21,729 nucleotides of DNA from Oligoflexales bacterium. Lineage in GTDB: Bacteria > Bdellovibrionota_B > Oligoflexia > Oligoflexales > Bog-1112. The translations under genes were made by a program, and so were the position numbers. Under the pieces are notes generated by a model. That model saw nothing but the letters and a program-made list of their open reading frames with translations, was not told where the DNA came from and ran no database searches. The stretch is from positions 1 through 21,729 of the forward strand of contig JBGCDR010000361.1 of NCBI GenBank assembly GCA_045105515.1. The letters run 5' to 3'. Shown here piece by piece: positions 16,940 through 21,729 of this stretch; the first letter of the stretch is position 1; each line of letters starts with the position of its first letter.

Positions 16940-17680
16940 ATGATTAGTAAACAAGCCCTAAACTGCTTAATAGCAGTTTCTTTATTATTCTCAGGTATCA
17001 TTTCTGAAGCAATGGTAAAGTCAGAAATAAACTTACTTCTCGACGCGCAGCTAGATCAGGAGATTATCTCTTATTACACCAACAATCCAGAATACTTTGA
17101 TTTTGAGCTTCAAAAATATAGAATGGATACCAAAGAAAAAATTGGGACAGGATTGAAGACTAGTTTACCAATTGGAATTGGAATAGCCGTATTTACCTTA
17201 ATGGGGAATCCCATCGCTGTCGTACCAATTACTATGGGGGTGGTAACAGGCACAATGGCAATTAAAAAGCACTTTATAAACAAGAACATGAAAAACTTGC
17301 TCAAAGGCGCTTACATTTATTTAGAACCTGACTATATATTCAAGAAAAGAAAGGCAAAAAAATACCTTGCCTCTTTCAATAAATTCTATAGAAAAATGAA
17401 ACCAATTTTGCACAAGTTTGACAAAAATAAACTTGCCCTTAAACTTTTATATATTAATCACTTTTCTTGCCTTATTGCAAAGCGGCTACGAAATGATCCT
17501 GAGCTAGCAACACTCCAGGGCTTCTACAAGAAAAATAAGGTGCCAAAAAATGGAGCATGGAACGAGAAATTTATGCTTAAATATTTTTCACTCTTAAATC
17601 GAACATTGGTCGATATTTCGAAAGACATCGATTTTCATCAATTGAATAAAATTAAAAGAGGACTCATTACCACTCTGTGA
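16940..17680 (+). CDS. Exported or membrane hypothetical protein with internal hydrophobic hairpin and basic C-terminal half
   Basis: AAGGAG RBS at 16928-16933 before the ATG at 16940; signal peptide ending ISEA|M; hydrophobic LPIGIGIAVFTLMGNPIAVVPITMGVVTGTMAI; Lys-rich remainder. Confidence 0.7.
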   Translation: MISKQALNCLIAVSLLFSGIISEAMVKSEINLLLDAQLDQEIISYYTNNPEYFDFELQKYRMDTKEKIGTGLKTSLPIGIGIAVFTLMGNPIAVVPITMGVVTGTMAIKKHFINKNMKNLLKGAYIYLEPDYIFKKRKAKKYLASFNKFYRKMKPILHKFDKNKLALKLLYINHFSCLIAKRLRNDPELATLQGFYKKNKVPKNGAWNEKFMLKYFSLLNRTLVDISKDIDFHQLNKIKRGLITTL

Positions 17681-17718
17681 TGTACAAATATAGGTGTCAA
17701 GAAAGATCACAAAAAATA

Positions 17719-17759
17719 AAACCCAAAAAAGAACTCCTCTAGGTTTCTTTTTTGGGTTT
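17719..17759. terminator. Long inverted repeat, likely terminator or mRNA-end hairpin
   Basis: Perfect 15-bp arms AAACCCAAAAAAGAA / TTCTTTTTTGGGTTT with an 11-nt loop, 38 nt after the stop at 17680. Confidence 0.6.
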
Positions 17760-17959
17760 AACGATGGCACGAGAAGAACCATGAAAGCACCAATGTCATC
17801 TTACTATTCGGCATGTTTAATATGATTAACGAGATCACAAATCAAAAAGTGTTCGCAACAGTTCGCTAGCAGGACTATCTTATTTAAATAACTGAATTTT
17901 TATCTGTAGATACGCCTTAAAAATTAGCATATTTAGAAGAACAAGATCGGCATATGTTC

Positions 17960-17982
17960 GACCTGTAAAGCCTTTGCAGGTC
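17960..17982. promoter_or_regulatory. 23-bp near-perfect palindrome upstream of the beta-barrel gene
   Basis: GACCTGTAAAG-C-CTTTGCAGGTC: 11-bp arms with one T/G mismatch; GC-rich against an AT-rich spacer. Confidence 0.4.
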
Positions 17983-18106
17983 AGCTAGCCAGATGAATAG
18001 CCATACTAAAATAGCTAAACAAATCAGATTAGTATAAATATCAAGTTGCCTTGGGTACGGTAGTACTATATAGCCTGAAAGATCTGAGTTTTATATAGGG
18101 GTTAAT

Positions 18107-18760
18107 ATGAATTTAGTTCGATCTGTACTTGCTACTTCTATTTTGTTTGCAGCTACTTCAAGCTACGGAAGGGATTTAAATTTAGGGTTTTCGGCTGGAA
18201 TCCATGATGGAAAAATAGATAATTCTAACAAGCAAAAATTCTCCTCAACGTCAGCGAAAGCTTCTCTGCACACTCCTTTAAATGAATTTGTATCCGTCGG
18301 TTTGACTTTGGGAACAGAAGTTACCGACTCCAACTCCCAAGCCTATAATTCAGAAGGTTATGGGCAAATAGAAGATACTTCCATACATATTCGTGTTTCC
18401 GCACGCGATGTAAGTGCAGAAGACATTTGTCTTGAAGCCAAATTTTCAACCCCAGAGCCCATAGTAAACGGTACTCTTTATCCGTACTTTAAGGTAGGCA
18501 GAACTCTATGGTCCAGTTATACCTACAAAGGAAGAATAAGCTTAGAGAGCCTAGACTACGATTACACCTATAAGGGTACCCAAAGTGGCTATACCTACTG
18601 CTTAGGAACAACCTTCAATCTAGATGATAAACTTACATTTTCTGCTGAGATCGAATCTACAAAGAAAGAAATACTAGCCAAATCTACGTTAAGCGATGCA
18701 GAGCTAGAAGGAGATATCAAGTCTGTGGGATTAAACCTAGGTCTAAGCGTCAAGGTTTAA
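18107..18760 (+). CDS. Small outer membrane beta-barrel protein (OmpA/OmpW-like 8-stranded porin family)
   Basis: Signal peptide ending SSYG|R; alternating amphipathic strands, LYPYFKVG, GYTYCLGTTFNL, LTFSAEI and terminal strand VGLNLGLSVKV. Confidence 0.8.
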   Translation: MNLVRSVLATSILFAATSSYGRDLNLGFSAGIHDGKIDNSNKQKFSSTSAKASLHTPLNEFVSVGLTLGTEVTDSNSQAYNSEGYGQIEDTSIHIRVSARDVSAEDICLEAKFSTPEPIVNGTLYPYFKVGRTLWSSYTYKGRISLESLDYDYTYKGTQSGYTYCLGTTFNLDDKLTFSAEIESTKKEILAKSTLSDAELEGDIKSVGLNLGLSVKV

Positions 18761-19062
18761 GCTAAATTAAAGCAGACATATTCTAAGCAAATTGCCTGCA
18801 ACTTCTAAGCATTCAAACCCACTGCACCTACAATGAACATAACAAAGCTGGAGATCTTTGACCTGTCAGTCTGAGAGGTTCATTACATCCAATTCCTTTA
18901 AGCGGTGTGGAAACAGCTTTTCAATCTTTTATCAAATTCCTTAAATCGTATAAGTGAAAAGGCAATAAATTTTTAATCAATATTTACCATAATAATGGTA
19001 CAAGAAGGCTAGACCTATGTTAATGGTTAATACAAACCAATTTTAAAAGGTGGGATTATTGA

Positions 19063-20016
19063 ATGAAAAATAGAGTCATGAACATTTCTCTTGTAATTAC
19101 AACAGGATTATTTCTAATAACTTTTTTTGACCTGAGAACTTCGCAGCAAGACCTCGAAATTTCTAAACAAGAAAACGAAATGTTGTTATCTAAGCTTAAA
19201 GAAAAAGAAGCGCAAATTAAAGAATTTCAAGAAAAAATCGTGGATTTTAAACATATTTCCCATTCAGTATCAAATACAACGGCCCAAGTTCAAACGCAAG
19301 GTCTTGCACAGAAATCTAAAATTTCGGAACTCGACAAGGAGAGGTTTAACGAAGAGGAAGCAAGCGATGCAAAAGAGTATGTTAATGTAGCCCAAAGAAA
19401 AATAATTCGGCAGATGACTGAAAAGCAGTACCAAAGTCTAATCAAAGAACTTGGTATAAATGGGGAACAAAAGGAAGCCTTAATTTCAGCTGTCAGTAGT
19501 TTAGGAACCAAGGAGGGTGCCTTTAACTTAAAGTTTTTCGATGCCAAAGTTACCAATGAAGATTTATACGAAGAACAAGTGCAAATCTATGATGATTTTA
19601 TAAAGGAACTGCAGAATAATTTTGATGATCAAATCATAGAAAAAATCGTCACTCACAAGCATGAAAACGGCTTTAAACTTTCAAAGAAGATGTATATTGC
19701 ACATTTAAGTGATTTAGAATTAACTGATCAAGAGCAGAAAAGTATCGAAAATATATTTGGTGAACATTTGCGGTCCAACGCTGCTCCACCAATCGGCAAT
19801 TTTACACGAGAGTACATTCAAGACTTCCGGGATAAATACAAGGGAATGAGCATGGGTTCACCTGAGTTCACCAAAGTGACTATAGAAATTACAGAAGAAC
19901 AAAATAATTCATTGCTAGCAAAACTTGAGAAGACTGTTTCACCAGAGGTTTTTCAAAAGCTGAAATCTAAATTAGATGCTTCGACGCAGATGTTAAAAGC
20001 TGCTATTGGTAGCTAA
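19063..20016 (+). CDS. Membrane-anchored helical hypothetical protein (TM, coiled coil, two LTxxQ-like repeats)
   Basis: N-terminal TM (aa ~8-24), heptad E/K/Q-rich segment (aa ~27-62), repeats ELGINGEQKEAL and DLELTDQEQKSI; AAGGTGG RBS-like sequence upstream. Confidence 0.72.
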   Translation: MKNRVMNISLVITTGLFLITFFDLRTSQQDLEISKQENEMLLSKLKEKEAQIKEFQEKIVDFKHISHSVSNTTAQVQTQGLAQKSKISELDKERFNEEEASDAKEYVNVAQRKIIRQMTEKQYQSLIKELGINGEQKEALISAVSSLGTKEGAFNLKFFDAKVTNEDLYEEQVQIYDDFIKELQNNFDDQIIEKIVTHKHENGFKLSKKMYIAHLSDLELTDQEQKSIENIFGEHLRSNAAPPIGNFTREYIQDFRDKYKGMSMGSPEFTKVTIEITEEQNNSLLAKLEKTVSPEVFQKLKSKLDASTQMLKAAIGS

Positions 20017-20208
20017 TCATTGATATGATAACAGAAGTTTAAACCCTAAGCTCGACTAGCTCCCTCCATAGCTTTAGTGAAGGAAAAAAAGGAGAAGTCT
20101 CCCTATAATTACCGAAGATTAGCAAACTTGGTTTAAAAATATTGAAATATCATTACAATTCTGTTAATGTCGCTTAGTTTCAACAAACTTCAAAAAGTGG
20201 CACTAATT

Positions 20209-21066
20209 ATGAACTCCAAAAATTCCTTGTTTTTTTTGATTTTTTTGGCTCAAATCCAGTCTTCAGCTATGGCCACAGGAATTGCTAGTTTTTTATATAA
20301 ACGTTCCTTGGGCTACCCTGTCTCCATAATGCGCTTCGATGTCACTATTGCTTGGAAATATGAATATAGATGGAAAAATAATAAATTTATAAAGTCAGTC
20401 CTTGAGAATCTAGATACTCTGGATGCTCAGCAAAGCGAAGACCTCTATGAAAACCGATCTTTGGTTCGTGAATACCTATTTTCTAAAATATCAAACAATT
20501 TGAAACTGGAACTAGCAAACCTAGATTTCGATGAAGATATTCAGTTCGCAGCATTATTTATTTCTTTTTACACAAGCATACTGAAACCTGCATGGGATTC
20601 ACACCCTTTAAAGCATAATGAGTATAGTTATGATAATGATTATGATGTAAATGAATATATTGACGATTTTAATACCAAGAAAACTCAACTTTTCCATACT
20701 CAAGCAATCATTTATGAACAAATTTTAAAAATCAGTGATTGGTATCAGATTATCCAGCAGGTACCAACTCCCCTTGAAAGAAAAGGCCAAACGAAGGTGG
20801 ATGAAAATAATCTTAATCTTGAGCTGAGGACTTCAGAACATCTTCACCTTTTTCACGAACTAAGATCACTAAATACAGCTTTGTCAACAAGAGTATCCAG
20901 AAATCATTTTAATAAAATTTATGAATACTTGTTAAAAAGAAAACTCCTAGGAAGGACTATTCAAAAGAAAAGAAATCTAAGATACTCTTTATCGATAACT
21001 ATGACTAAAAAACCTACCTACCCCCTTATCCAGATGATTGATGAAATTATTGATGGTAAGAGCTAG
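20209..21066 (+). CDS. Hypothetical exported protein
   Basis: Long ORF (possible starts 20167 or 20209); from 20209 the N-terminus is signal-peptide-like (MNSKNSLFFLIFLAQIQSSAMA|T); no recognisable domain. Confidence 0.6.
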   Translation: MNSKNSLFFLIFLAQIQSSAMATGIASFLYKRSLGYPVSIMRFDVTIAWKYEYRWKNNKFIKSVLENLDTLDAQQSEDLYENRSLVREYLFSKISNNLKLELANLDFDEDIQFAALFISFYTSILKPAWDSHPLKHNEYSYDNDYDVNEYIDDFNTKKTQLFHTQAIIYEQILKISDWYQIIQQVPTPLERKGQTKVDENNLNLELRTSEHLHLFHELRSLNTALSTRVSRNHFNKIYEYLLKRKLLGRTIQKKRNLRYSLSITMTKKPTYPLIQMIDEIIDGKS

Positions 21067-21069
21067 GAT

Positions 21070-21642
21070 TTAGCTCCCGGTTGCCACAGGAGAGGTCTTG
21101 CTTGCAGAATCGAATGAATCTCTATAAACAGTAGCATAATCGCTAAACCAATCTTGGATATCATCGACTTCTTTGACAGATGTTTGTGGATTTTTGGTTC
21201 TCACAAAGACTTGATCGTAATCAACTACAAAACCTTTGTTTCCTTTTGAAAAGCCAACATGAGCTGGGGTATTGTTGCTGTAGTTTACACTAAGCTGACC
21301 GGAAGGATCTTTTAACGCTTGATGCACCTTTTTAGAAGCAGCATTCATATCTCCGACTATAATTTGTTCCAAGTTGGAATCGAGAGAGTCTTGATGCTTG
21401 CTTAGTGAGCCAATTTCACCAAAATCAGCATGAGTATTGGTAAAGTAAAACTCTTTCCCAGTATCTTTTGCTCTAAGACGAACTGTAGTTATATGCTTAT
21501 TAGGCTTTTTTGTTTTAGGGTCAATGTAACCGCTCACTCTGGCATCTTCTACAAGTTCAAATTTTTTAGCATCAACCAATATCACTCCGTTATCTAGTGT
21601 CTGGTCGGAAACTAAATTCTTGCCTTTGCAACTCAGTTTTTT
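21070..21642 (-). CDS. C-terminal part of an endonuclease/exonuclease/phosphatase (EEP) family protein; 5' part missing or frameshifted
   Basis: Motifs G..IL.D.KKF, FYFTNTH, IIVGDMNA, DYDQVF and SDY at the expected SDH position. The frame is open upstream of GTG 21585 to 21642, then closed by TAA (21643-21645). The N-terminal xWN/QE motifs are absent. Confidence 0.65.
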   Translation of the reverse strand, partial: KKLSCKGKNLVSDQTLDNGVILVDAKKFELVEDARVSGYIDPKTKKPNKHITTVRLRAKDTGKEFYFTNTHADFGEIGSLSKHQDSLDSNLEQIIVGDMNAASKKVHQALKDPSGQLSVNYSNNTPAHVGFSKGNKGFVVDYDQVFVRTKNPQTSVKEVDDIQDWFSDYATVYRDSFDSASKTSPVATGS

Positions 21643-21729
21643 TTATCGCGGTTGAAATTAATTTTAAAAACTCTTCTTATTTTCCAGTGATAAGTGAAAA
21701 ATACCATATTTTCGGCAATTAAATATCTT

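Noticed and set aside
18815..18870. Cobalamin-riboswitch-like words (CCCACTGC, GGAGATC, GACCTGTC)
   Set aside because: The conserved GGGAA elements and B12-box spacing are absent, and the downstream gene is unrelated to B12.
760..19556. Short ORFs nested in or antisense to the main genes (e.g. 760-1002, 2413-2793, 4271-4528, 6384-6632, 8267-8539, 15249-15494, 19290-19556)
   Set aside because: They overlap well-supported genes, lack motifs or clear RBSs, and look like shadow ORFs.
1..21729. CRISPR array, IS element, prophage or structural RNA genes
   Set aside because: No regularly spaced repeats, transposase, integrase or phage ORFs, and no tRNA/rRNA-like segments were seen by eye; a covariance-model scan was not possible.

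Overview
AT-rich bacterial chromosomal window with no rRNA, tRNA, CRISPR array or transposase detectable by eye. The gene styles (CheA-like kinase lacking CheW, TolC variant with a 'GFLFPxNW' motif, HELGHCxL lipoprotein peptidase, Cys-paired beta-rich lipoprotein) suggest Bdellovibrionota/Oligoflexia; this is inference. The left half (1-10 kb) is mostly housekeeping or conserved: a 5'-broken Hpt-HATPase kinase, agmatinase, a multidomain lipoprotein, a metallophosphoesterase directly upstream of a divergent NAD-dependent DNA ligase, an orphan LivJ-type binding protein and a SAM methyltransferase. The right half (10-21.7 kb) looks accessory: a run of stand-alone exported or membrane proteins, a LysR regulator and a truncated EEP-family gene. 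The best lead is an omega-3-type fatty acid desaturase resembling both cyanobacterial DesB and oomycete omega-3/delta-17 enzymes. It is preceded by a perfect FNR box at about class II activator spacing, suggesting oxygen-regulated remodelling of polyunsaturated fatty acids in a non-cyanobacterial bacterium. All homology statements come from motif recognition, not database searches.
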